Positions 8,928 to 18,034 of a stretch of 64,000 nucleotides of DNA are shown one piece after another. The notes below the pieces were generated by a model. That model was not told the DNA's origin. It ran no database searches and worked only from the letters and a program-made list of their open reading frames with translations. The DNA comes from an uncultured Pelagibacteraceae bacterium. Lineage in GTDB: Bacteria > Pseudomonadota > Alphaproteobacteria > Pelagibacterales > Pelagibacteraceae. Location of the stretch: positions 12,121-76,120 of the forward strand of contig CACFCI010000002.1 of NCBI GenBank assembly GCA_902564785.1, given 5' to 3'. How positions within the stretch are numbered: the first letter of the stretch is position 1; the number at the start of each line of letters is the position of its first letter. A program made the position numbers and the translations under genes.

Positions 8928-9953
8928 TTATGATTTTGTTAATGATGTCTGTAATTCTTTATTAGATATATAACCTTTAACATTTCCACTTTTATCAACC
9001 ACTTCACAATTAGAATTCGAGCATACAATTTGAGGTAAAAATTCCTCAATAAATTGATCTTCATTAACTTTTATTAAATTAGATTTATCTATATCATTAG
9101 ACTCATTAACACTCTTCATTATAATTTTAGCTTTAATTACTTTTGCTCTATTAACATCTTTAACAAATGCCTTAACATAATCATCAGCCGGATTCATTAT
9201 AATGTCTACTGGTGTTCCAACTTGAACAAGTTTACCAGCATTTAATATTCCAATGTGATCACCAAGTCTTAAAGACTCATCTAAATCATGAGTAATAAAT
9301 ACAATTGTTTTTTTTAATTCTGATTGAAGATCAAGTAGTTGTTTTTGCATATCACTTCTAATTAAAGGATCTAAAGCACTAAAAGCTTCATCCATTAACA
9401 TGATATCACTATCAGTAGCAAGTGCTCTTGCTAAACCAACTCTTTGTTGCATTCCCCCTGATAATTGATTAGGGAATTGATTTTCAAAACCACTTAAACC
9501 AACCGCTTCAATTTTTTCCATTGCGGTCTTGTTTATTTCTTCCAATGGTTTCCCTTGCATTTCTAATCCATACCCAACATTTTGAATAACCGTTTTATGT
9601 GGAAATAAACCAAACCTTTGAAAAACCATACTCATCTTGTGTCTTCTAAAATCTATTAATTGTTCTTTGTTGAAAGACATAACATTATTTCCTTCAACGA
9701 TTATTTCACCGTCAGTAGGATCGATTAATCTATTTAAATGTCTAATTAGAGTTGATTTTCCTGAGCCAGATAAACCCATGCAAACAAAAGTTTCACCTTC
9801 TTCTATTTTTAATGAAACATTATCAAGACCAACTGTATGACCAGTTTGTTCTAATACCTCCTCTTTATTTGCACCGTCCTTTACCATTGGCATAACTGAC
9901 AGAGGATTGTTACCAAAGATTTTATAAACATTATTAATCTCAATTTTAGACAT
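8928..9953 (-). CDS. proV: Glycine betaine/choline/carnitine-type ABC transporter ATPase
   Basis: Walker A GLSGSGKS, signature LSGGMQQRV, Walker B LLMDEAFSALD-like (MLMDEAFSALD). Confidence 0.88.
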   Translation of the reverse strand: MSKIEINNVYKIFGNNPLSVMPMVKDGANKEEVLEQTGHTVGLDNVSLKIEEGETFVCMGLSGSGKSTLIRHLNRLIDPTDGEIIVEGNNVMSFNKEQLIDFRRHKMSMVFQRFGLFPHKTVIQNVGYGLEMQGKPLEEINKTAMEKIEAVGLSGFENQFPNQLSGGMQQRVGLARALATDSDIMLMDEAFSALDPLIRSDMQKQLLDLQSELKKTIVFITHDLDESLRLGDHIGILNAGKLVQVGTPVDIIMNPADDYVKAFVKDVNRAKVIKAKIIMKSVNESNDIDKSNLIKVNEDQFIEEFLPQIVCSNSNCEVVDKSGNVKGYISNKELQTSLTKS

Positions 9954-10984
9954 TATTTACCTTTCTTTGTATTTGGCGCTGTTCTTTCTTGTAGTGTTTC
10001 CCCATAAGATTGAGTTATCCTATCAAGAACTATAGCCAAAAGTACAATTGCAATTCCTGCTTCAGCAGCCCTTCCTACATTTAATTGTTGAAGACCAAGT
10101 AAAACTTCATCTCCTAAACCTCTAGTACCTATCATAGATGCAATTACAACCATGGCTAATGCCATCATTGTACACTGATTAATTCCTTGCATAATATTTG
10201 GCAAAGCTAATGGCATTTGTACACCCCAAAGCTTTTGTTTTTTACTTGCACCAAATGCATCTGCAGCTTCAATAACCTCAGTATCAACAAGCCTAATTCC
10301 TAAATCTGTTAGTCTAACTAGAGGAGGAACCGCATAAATAAATGTGGCTATAATTGCTGGAACAGCACCTAAGCCAAATAACATAATACCTGGAATTAGG
10401 TAACAGAAACTTGGAATAGTTTGCATTAAATCTAAAACTGGCAAAATTACATTTCTTGTTCTTACGCTTCTTGCCATTGCTATTCCCAATGGAATGCCTG
10501 CAATAACACAAAGAAATATTCCAATTAACATTATCGCAGTTGTTTCAATTGCTTTTTGCCAAAATATTGGGTGAAGAAATCCTATAAAAAAAGTACAAAA
10601 TCCTACAAATACTGTTGTTCCAACTTTTCTACCACTTGCAAAATAAGTTAGAACTACCACACCAAGTATAACCAATGGCCATGGAGCTTGAATTAAAAAG
10701 TTTTTTACTAACATCAACATATACAAAAGAACATTATTAATAGCTTCAAATATGTATCCATATTTTTCATTAAGTGTTTTAAAACCAACGTTGATCCAAT
10801 TCATTAATGGTAAATCTAACCACTTTGGCCATTTACCTCCTAACCAAGAAAAATCGTTTAATAATTCTCCAATATTATCTGGTTTTCTTTTTGATTGAGA
10901 ATAGCTGGTTATTAATAACCATACAAAAATAACCAACAAACCAATATTAAAAATTATTTTTTTATTTTTCTTTAATGCTTCCAT
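9953..10984 (-). CDS. proW: Glycine betaine-type ABC transporter permease
   Basis: LDLMQTIPSFCYLIP, EAA loop EAADAFGA, QCTMMALAMVVIASMIG. Confidence 0.88.
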   Translation of the reverse strand: MEALKKNKKIIFNIGLLVIFVWLLITSYSQSKRKPDNIGELLNDFSWLGGKWPKWLDLPLMNWINVGFKTLNEKYGYIFEAINNVLLYMLMLVKNFLIQAPWPLVILGVVVLTYFASGRKVGTTVFVGFCTFFIGFLHPIFWQKAIETTAIMLIGIFLCVIAGIPLGIAMARSVRTRNVILPVLDLMQTIPSFCYLIPGIMLFGLGAVPAIIATFIYAVPPLVRLTDLGIRLVDTEVIEAADAFGASKKQKLWGVQMPLALPNIMQGINQCTMMALAMVVIASMIGTRGLGDEVLLGLQQLNVGRAAEAGIAIVLLAIVLDRITQSYGETLQERTAPNTKKGK

Positions 10985-11003
10985 AATTTATTTTTTACTT
11001 ACA

Positions 11004-11027
11004 GAAAGAGCCCCGAAGGGCTCTTTC
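11004..11027 (-). terminator. GC-rich stem-loop (UUCG tetraloop on the minus strand) between the binding-protein and permease genes
   Basis: gaaagagccc-cgaa-gggctctttc, a perfect 10-bp stem with only a short U tract; may be a partial terminator or mRNA stabiliser. Confidence 0.7.
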
Positions 11028-11048
11028 ATAATTATTTAATATATTGGA

Positions 11049-12065
11049 TTATAGAGCGGCGCTAACTTTTTTAGCAACGTCTGCTGGCACCCAATCTTTC
11101 CACATGCTTTCATTTTTTAAGAAGTGCATCGCGGTAAGTTCCATATCACCATCTGACTCATCTTCATAAAAAGCTAACATTTTGTTAACTGTAGCTGTTG
11201 GTATAGTATATTTCTTTAAGAAATCAGTTTCTTTAGGATTAGCTTTCGCCCAATCAGTTAAAACAGATTTTGTCAAAGCCATATCTCTATATTCACATGC
11301 GCAGCTTTTCTTGTAAGCATCTGGTCCGTTTGCTTTAATATCTTCAACAACAGCGGACATAGAATTCCAACAATCAGAATCAAATTTTGGTTCTGAAAGT
11401 CTAACAAGGTCAACTTTACCCATTAGACCAGTTGGTGCCCAGTAATATGTAAAGATTGGTTTTTTCTTAGCAAAAGCTCCTGCAATAGCAGCATCTAATG
11501 CTCCACCTGAACCCGGGTCAAAGTTAGTATAGTACTTATCTAAACCGTACTCTATTTGTTTAACCAAGTTAACAGTGTAACAAGTCCAACCTGAAATACA
11601 GCTAGTCATTCTTCCTTTTGAAGGATCTTCTGGATCTTTAAATAAAGCTGCAATTTTTGGATCTTTCATATCATCAACTGATTTCAAATTGTATTTATCA
11701 GCTGTTGTTTTATCTACATAGAATGCTTGTTGAGAGTCTGGTGTGTTAACTCCAATATTAATAATAGTACCAGCCTTTTCATGTGGCTCGTAATTAGCAA
11801 TAATGTTGTCATACCAAACTTCAGTAATAACATCTAATTGACCGTCGTAATGAGCAGCCATTATTGGGGTAGTACTTCCCTTAGTTACAGAAACTTCACA
11901 CCCGTATCCTTTTTCAAGAATAAAAGTGGTAATTGCTGTATGGATGTTAGCACTACTCCAGTCAAAATCTCCCAATCTTGCCTTACAATCACCAGCGTTT
12001 GCATTACTTACAATCAAAGATGACAGAAGGAAAATTGAGATTGTTAATCTCTTTAAAAACTTCAT
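11049..12065 (-). CDS. proX: Quaternary-amine ABC transporter substrate-binding protein (ProX/OpuAC family)
   Basis: Signal peptide ending ANA; DWSSA, EVWYD, CISGWTC, YYWAPT; SD aggag upstream. Confidence 0.85.
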   Translation of the reverse strand: MKFLKRLTISIFLLSSLIVSNANAGDCKARLGDFDWSSANIHTAITTFILEKGYGCEVSVTKGSTTPIMAAHYDGQLDVITEVWYDNIIANYEPHEKAGTIINIGVNTPDSQQAFYVDKTTADKYNLKSVDDMKDPKIAALFKDPEDPSKGRMTSCISGWTCYTVNLVKQIEYGLDKYYTNFDPGSGGALDAAIAGAFAKKKPIFTYYWAPTGLMGKVDLVRLSEPKFDSDCWNSMSAVVEDIKANGPDAYKKSCACEYRDMALTKSVLTDWAKANPKETDFLKKYTIPTATVNKMLAFYEDESDGDMELTAMHFLKNESMWKDWVPADVAKKVSAAL

Positions 12066-12196
12066 TAAATTATCTCCTTAAGGTTAAGTTTTAATACCGA
12101 GATTTAATAATGAATGTAGATAAAAAACAAGCTTTGAATTATTAATACAACTATTAATTGAGTTGATTTGATTACTCTTTTATATAAAAATTAAGT

Positions 12197-13327
12197 GTGA
12201 GCTTAATTTCTAAACTAGAAAAAAATTCAACGTATTTAAAAGTTATTTGGAATGATGGTGAAGAGAGTAAGTTTAACTACCTTTGGCTAAGAGATAATTG
12301 TCCAACTGCTCATGATAAAGATTCAAGACATAGAATGTTTAATATTCTGGAAGTATCACAAAACATTAATCCCACAAAATATTCTATAAGTTCAGATGGA
12401 AAATTAGAAATTGAATGGAGCGAAGGAGACCATACAAGCTATTATGATCCAAAATGGTTAAGAGAAAATTGTTATACTTTAAAAAATAAGCAAAAATATG
12501 TCTCACCTTATAAGCTTTGGGATAGTTCTTTAGAAAATAACTTAAAATCTATTCATATTGATCATGATGAAATTATAAATTCTGATGATGGTTTGATTAA
12601 ATGGTTAGAGCTTTTACATTATACTGGAATAGCTATTGTTAAAAATGCTCCAGTAGAAAAAAATTCTGCATTAAAAGTTTTAAACTGTATAAGTCACACT
12701 AGAGAAACTTTTTTTAAAACACCTTTTGAAGTAATTAATATTCCAAAACCAAATAATTCTGCATATACAGCTCATGCTTTAAGAAATCATATGGATTTGC
12801 CTTGGTTTGAAAATCCACCTGGTTATCAATTTTTACACTGTTTAATAAATTCAGCGAAGGGTGGCGACTCATCAGCTGTAGATGCATTTGCTGTGGCAGA
12901 TTATTTAAAAAATAACGAAAAAGATACTTTTGATATATTGGTAAATACTCCACTTAAATTTAGAGATAAAGACTACACTCAAGAAGCAGTACGAAGTGTA
13001 TATGGTACAGCAATATCACTCACTAAGGATGGAGATTATAATGATATTCGTTATAGCATTGCAACATTAGATGCTCTTGATTGCCATCCGGATATTATGG
13101 ACTCAGTTTATAAAGCTCATCATCGATTTGGAAATTTATTACATGATTCTAAATTTCAAATTAATTTCAGATTAGAGCCAGGTGATATTTTTTCATTTAA
13201 TAATAGAAGATTACTTCATGGAAGAACAGAATTTGATCCAAACTCAGGACACAGGCACCTTCAAGGTTATTATATGGATAGAGATGAAATAATTGGAAGA
13301 TTAAATTATCTTAAGCAACAATTATAA
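12197..13327 (+). CDS. Gamma-butyrobetaine hydroxylase-like / TmpA-like Fe(II)/2OG dioxygenase
   Basis: N-terminal WLRDNCP domain, NSAYT, HMD (HxD), PPGYQFLHC, FNNRRLLHGR, RHLQGYY; GTG start. Confidence 0.87.
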   Translation: MSLISKLEKNSTYLKVIWNDGEESKFNYLWLRDNCPTAHDKDSRHRMFNILEVSQNINPTKYSISSDGKLEIEWSEGDHTSYYDPKWLRENCYTLKNKQKYVSPYKLWDSSLENNLKSIHIDHDEIINSDDGLIKWLELLHYTGIAIVKNAPVEKNSALKVLNCISHTRETFFKTPFEVINIPKPNNSAYTAHALRNHMDLPWFENPPGYQFLHCLINSAKGGDSSAVDAFAVADYLKNNEKDTFDILVNTPLKFRDKDYTQEAVRSVYGTAISLTKDGDYNDIRYSIATLDALDCHPDIMDSVYKAHHRFGNLLHDSKFQINFRLEPGDIFSFNNRRLLHGRTEFDPNSGHRHLQGYYMDRDEIIGRLNYLKQQL

Positions 13328-13963
13328 GTTTTCGAATATTAGATTATTTTTTTTATTATATTTTTTGAATTCAGAATGATTTTTAATTGTATAAAAATAT
13401 TTTTTAATTTTTAAGTTCTGAATCTTGTTGTTTTTGATGTAAGATTTATCAAGAATGAAGCAATCTATATTTTTAATTATTGATTTTTTTACTATGGATT
13501 TCACTGTTGTTGGTGGTGAAAAAGACAAACCTACTTTTGTTTTTTTATTTAATTTTAAAAGATTAAAAATGTTTTGATGTTTAAAGGAAATAAAAACACA
13601 TTTTGAATATTTAGATGTCTCATTAATTAGTTTTTTAAGCAATTTTGTTGAGAATTTGGGTTTAATTTCAATAAATAAGTAGAATTTATTTTTTGAAATC
13701 TTTAATAAATCTTGGAGTAGGGGAATTGGTTTATTTTGTTTGAGACTTATTTCTTTTAATTTTTGATAATTTAAGTTTTTAACGCTTTGTGTTTTTTTGA
13801 AAATCCTTCTTAAAGTAAAGTCGTGATAACAGACAAATTTATTATCTTTAGTTGCGTGTATATCAGTTTCTATTCCAAATCCTTTTTTAAATGATTGTTT
13901 AAATGAATTTAAAAGGTTTTCTTTATATTTTTTGTTTACGATCCCACGATGGATTAAGTGCAT
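13322..13963 (-). CDS. Glycerophosphodiester phosphodiesterase (GDPD) family protein
   Basis: HRG, ENLLNSF, IETDIH, HDFTLRR, IEIK motifs. Confidence 0.82.
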   Translation of the reverse strand: MHLIHRGIVNKKYKENLLNSFKQSFKKGFGIETDIHATKDNKFVCYHDFTLRRIFKKTQSVKNLNYQKLKEISLKQNKPIPLLQDLLKISKNKFYLFIEIKPKFSTKLLKKLINETSKYSKCVFISFKHQNIFNLLKLNKKTKVGLSFSPPTTVKSIVKKSIIKNIDCFILDKSYIKNNKIQNLKIKKYFYTIKNHSEFKKYNKKNNLIFENL

Positions 13964-13969
13964 AAATTT

Positions 13970-15400
13970 TTATTTCCATCCGGTAACAGTTTTAACTTCT
14001 AGATACTCATCAAGACCCCAAACACCACCCTCTCTACCATTTCCTGATTGTCTGTAACCTCCAAAAGGAGTTCCGGCATCAGCCGCATTACCATTGATAT
14101 AAACACAACCAGATCTTAATTTTTTAGCAACTCTATGTGCTTTTTCTTTATCTTCTGTTTGTAAATAGTTTCCCAAACCATAAGAAGTATCATTAACAAT
14201 GTTTACCGCTTCGTCTTCAGTTTCAAATGGAATAATTGAAAGGACAGGACCAAAGATTTCTTCTTTTGCTATTCTCATATCGTTTGTAACGTTTGTAAAA
14301 ATTGTTGGTTTTATAAAGTAACCTTTGTTTAATCCGTTAGGTAACTCTGGACCACCGGCTGCTAACGTTGCACCTTCAGAAATTCCGCTTTCAATTAAAC
14401 TGATGATCTTATCATATTGAGTTTTTGATATTACAGGTCCTATGTGATCACCTTTCTTTGAGGCTTGATCTACATTTATTTTATTTGCTTCATCAACTGC
14501 TTCATCAACTGCTCTTTTATATATAGATTTTTCAACTAACATTCTTGTTGGTGCATCACAAGATTGACCAGAATTACTCATAACATTTCTTATGCCATCT
14601 CGAACAGCATTTTTATAACTATCTGCGAATACTATATTTCCACCTTTGCCACCAAGTTCTAAACAAACTCTTTTAATAGTTTCAGCTGCATTTTTTGAAA
14701 TTAGTTTTCCAGCACGAGTTGATCCAGTAAAAGAAACCATATCAATATCAGGATGACTAGAAATTTGTGTTCCTACACCTGCACCATCACCATTTACTAA
14801 ATTAAATACACCCTTAGGAAATCCAACCTCATCAATCATTTCAGCGAACAACATCCCAGAAATAGGAGCTATCTCTGATGGTTTAAGTATCATTGTACAA
14901 CCTGTTGCAAATGCCGGGACAACTTTAAGAGCTATTTGGTTTATTGGCCAATTCCATGGAGTAATTAATCCACATACTCCAATTGGTTCATAACAAATGT
15001 GGTTATTAGATTTTTGATCAAAGTGTTCATTAAAATTAAATTCTTTCAATCTTAAAATAAAATCTTCTAAATGTGCTTGTCCTGATCCAGTTTGAACATC
15101 AGTAGCCCAATCCATTGGAGCTCCCATTTCTAGCGAAATAGCTTCTGCCATTTCTCCAAATCTTTTTTTATAAACTACTAATAATTTTTCTAGCAAATCC
15201 ACCCTTTCTTTTTTGCTAGTTTCTTTCCAGGTTTCAAAAGCAGTTTTTGCAGCCTTAACAGCATTATCTGTGTCTTTTTTTGAACCTAATGAAATAATTG
15301 CACAAGGATCTTCATTGCAAGGATTAATTACCTCAAAGTTGTTTTTTTCTACTGGATCAACCCATTTACCATTTATGTAAAATTTTCTTTTATCTAACAT
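13970..15400 (-). CDS. NAD-dependent aldehyde dehydrogenase
   Basis: PWNWP, FTGST, LELGGK, catalytic Cys in GQSC, EEIFGPV. Confidence 0.93.
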   Translation of the reverse strand: MLDKRKFYINGKWVDPVEKNNFEVINPCNEDPCAIISLGSKKDTDNAVKAAKTAFETWKETSKKERVDLLEKLLVVYKKRFGEMAEAISLEMGAPMDWATDVQTGSGQAHLEDFILRLKEFNFNEHFDQKSNNHICYEPIGVCGLITPWNWPINQIALKVVPAFATGCTMILKPSEIAPISGMLFAEMIDEVGFPKGVFNLVNGDGAGVGTQISSHPDIDMVSFTGSTRAGKLISKNAAETIKRVCLELGGKGGNIVFADSYKNAVRDGIRNVMSNSGQSCDAPTRMLVEKSIYKRAVDEAVDEANKINVDQASKKGDHIGPVISKTQYDKIISLIESGISEGATLAAGGPELPNGLNKGYFIKPTIFTNVTNDMRIAKEEIFGPVLSIIPFETEDEAVNIVNDTSYGLGNYLQTEDKEKAHRVAKKLRSGCVYINGNAADAGTPFGGYRQSGNGREGGVWGLDEYLEVKTVTGWK

Positions 15401-15421
15401 TTATTAATATTAACATATTAA

Positions 15422-16363
15422 TTAAATTTCATAGCCTTTTTCTTCTGGTTCATTATCCACAAGCTCATCAGGAAATCCATCAGCTCTAAAATCAATTTTA
15501 TTTAAATCTTCCATTCTTTTTACAATCATTGATGACCATGCTCTTGATCCATATTTTTTTTCTCCATCTTTAAATATTTCAACTATTTTTGGAGAAATTT
15601 CTAATGGAGCATTTAATTTCTTTGCTAGATTATCGAATAACCCAGTATCTTTTAGAACAAGATCCATCGTGAAATTAATATTATACGAACCATTTAAAAT
15701 AACCTGACTTTCCGTTTCATGAACAAATGAATTTCCAGATGAAACTGCAATACCCTTAAATGTTTTAGCTAGATCTAAATTTGATTTTTTCGCAACAGTC
15801 CATGCCTCACCTAAAGCTACTAAATGAACTGATGCCAAATAATTTGTTATGACTTTAAGAACCGATGCACTACCTAATTCACCTGTATGAAGTACTTTTC
15901 TGCCCATTACAGTTAATGCAGGCAATATTTTTTCAAAAGCTTTTCTTTCTCCACCTACAAATATAGCAATATTACCTGTAGCAGCTCTATGACAACCACC
16001 ACTTACAGGCCCATCTAGCGGGATAGCTTTTTTTGATATTACCTTATTTCCAAGTCTTTTAACTTCGTTTTCATCTGTTGTACTCATTTCTAACCAAATT
16101 TTATTTGCTGATAAACCGTTTATAATTCCATCTTCACTTTCCATAACTTCTGCGGAAACTTCAGGTGAAGGAAGCGAAGTAATAATTAGATCGGATTGTT
16201 CTGCTAATTCTTTAGGAGACTTTGCAATTTTAGCTCCAAGTTTTTTAAATGAATTTGTTAAACCTTCATCTATATCTCTAACAGTAACATCAAAATAATT
16301 TCTTATTAAGCTTCCAGCAAGTTTACCTCCTACATTGCCTAATCCAATAAAACCTATTTTCAT
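15422..16363 (-). CDS. Beta-hydroxyacid dehydrogenase (3-hydroxyisobutyrate dehydrogenase family)
   Basis: GFIGLGNVG, EMST, DGPVSGG, catalytic Lys in LKVITN, FTMDLVLKD. Confidence 0.85.
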   Translation of the reverse strand: MKIGFIGLGNVGGKLAGSLIRNYFDVTVRDIDEGLTNSFKKLGAKIAKSPKELAEQSDLIITSLPSPEVSAEVMESEDGIINGLSANKIWLEMSTTDENEVKRLGNKVISKKAIPLDGPVSGGCHRAATGNIAIFVGGERKAFEKILPALTVMGRKVLHTGELGSASVLKVITNYLASVHLVALGEAWTVAKKSNLDLAKTFKGIAVSSGNSFVHETESQVILNGSYNINFTMDLVLKDTGLFDNLAKKLNAPLEISPKIVEIFKDGEKKYGSRAWSSMIVKRMEDLNKIDFRADGFPDELVDNEPEEKGYEI

Positions 16364-17232
16364 TTTATTTCCTCTTCTCTTTTATTTTTTGTAAATACAA
16401 TTAAAATTACCCCCACTATTATTATTGATCCACCTATAAACAATTCTGGAGTTGGTTTTTCTCCTAAAAGAAAAATTGCAGCTAACAATCCTGTTGGTGG
16501 GATACCCATAGTAACTATAGGAAGAACTTTATAAAGCGGGTTGTTTTTTAAAACATAATAGAAACAGCCATAAGTAATTGGTTGCATTATGAAACCAATA
16601 TAAATTGCAATAATCCAATGATCAAATTTTGCATTTGTTAAATAATTAATTGTGTTCCCATCAATTATTGCAGATAGCATCACTAATATTGGCCCAGAGA
16701 ATAATGCCAACCATGCAACTAAAGCTAATGGATTTATTTCTTTACTTAAAGGTTTAACCATAACTTGTCCAAGAGCCCATACAGCAGAGCCTAAAATCGT
16801 AAGTCCAATCCCAATAAACTTTCCATCTAAGTTTGGAGATCCAGTTAAAATATAAACACCAACAAAGGCGATAGCTATTCCAATCAAAGCTCTAATAGTT
16901 GGTTTTTCTCTAAGCATAAAGTAAGCAAAAATAACCCCAAAAGGAACTTCTGTTTGGACTAAAAGAACAGCAGCAGATGCATCAATCAGGTCTAATCCAG
17001 TATAAGTAATACTGTATTGCAAAGTGTTAGCCACTAATGATGCAGCAAATATTCTTTTTAAATATCCTTTTGGTATTGGAAACCACCAAATTAATAATGA
17101 TGCAGCAAATGTAAATCTTATGCCCATTAACAGTACAGGTGGGAAAGATTCAAAAGCAGGTTTTGCAATTACAAAACCGAAGCCTAAAAATATAGGAACT
17201 AAGGAGGCTACAAAAGTATCTTTTATATTCAT
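16360..17232 (-). CDS. EamA/DMT-family transporter
   Basis: About 10 TM segments, PPVLLMGIRF, two EK-P motifs; overlaps the downstream start. Confidence 0.87.
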   Translation of the reverse strand: MNIKDTFVASLVPIFLGFGFVIAKPAFESFPPVLLMGIRFTFAASLLIWWFPIPKGYLKRIFAASLVANTLQYSITYTGLDLIDASAAVLLVQTEVPFGVIFAYFMLREKPTIRALIGIAIAFVGVYILTGSPNLDGKFIGIGLTILGSAVWALGQVMVKPLSKEINPLALVAWLALFSGPILVMLSAIIDGNTINYLTNAKFDHWIIAIYIGFIMQPITYGCFYYVLKNNPLYKVLPIVTMGIPPTGLLAAIFLLGEKPTPELFIGGSIIIVGVILIVFTKNKREEEIK

Positions 17233-17287
17233 GCTATTTTAATATTAATGATTATTAAGAACTTGTGATATATTCACTTTTTAAAAT

Positions 17288-18034
17288 ATGAATTCAACAA
17301 AAATAGATCCAAAGTTTATTGGCCAAGCGAATCCAAGAGTTGGCTTAATTGCGCTTGCAAGTGACTTTATGATTGAAAAAGATTTCATTAATGTGATTAA
17401 AAATAGAAAAATCGATTTCTTTGTAAATCGTATTGAGTGCTATAACCCTCTCACTAAAGAAAACCTCATTAAAATGTCTAATAAAATCACTGAGGTTACA
17501 AAAGACATTCTGCCAGATCAAGATTTGGATTGTGTAGTTTATGGATGTACTTCGGGGACTATTGCAGCTGGTCATGACTCAATAGAAAAAAAAGTCAAAG
17601 TTGCAAAGCCTATGGCAGAAGTTTCAACTCCTAGCACCGCAGCTATTAAAGCGTTAAAGAAATTAAATATTAAGAAAGTTTCAATTTTTACACCATATAG
17701 CAAAAAATTAAATGATGATGTTTTAGATTATTTTAAAAGCGAAAGTTTTGAAGTTACTTCAAATTCATATTTTGATATTCAAGATGATTATGACATTGGA
17801 AAAGTAGATCAAGATTATTTGTATGAGGTATTATCAAAAATAGACTTGAATGGAGCAGATGCTTTATTTGTTTCATGCACTGCTTTACCAGTTCTAGAAA
17901 TTATCGATAAATTAGAAAAAAAATTAAATACAATAGTTTTATCTAGTAATCAGGCTTTAATTTGGGATACCCTTGTAAAGATTAAAAAAAATAATTCAGT
18001 TGAAGGGTTTGGAAAATTATTCCAAGTAAATTGA
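17288..18034 (+). CDS. eutA: EutA-like protein (maleate isomerase / Asp-Glu racemase superfamily)
   Basis: RVGLIALASD, YGCTSG, TPY, SCTAL, SSNQA; coupled to the eutD-like gene. Confidence 0.75.
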   Translation: MNSTKIDPKFIGQANPRVGLIALASDFMIEKDFINVIKNRKIDFFVNRIECYNPLTKENLIKMSNKITEVTKDILPDQDLDCVVYGCTSGTIAAGHDSIEKKVKVAKPMAEVSTPSTAAIKALKKLNIKKVSIFTPYSKKLNDDVLDYFKSESFEVTSNSYFDIQDDYDIGKVDQDYLYEVLSKIDLNGADALFVSCTALPVLEIIDKLEKKLNTIVLSSNQALIWDTLVKIKKNNSVEGFGKLFQVN

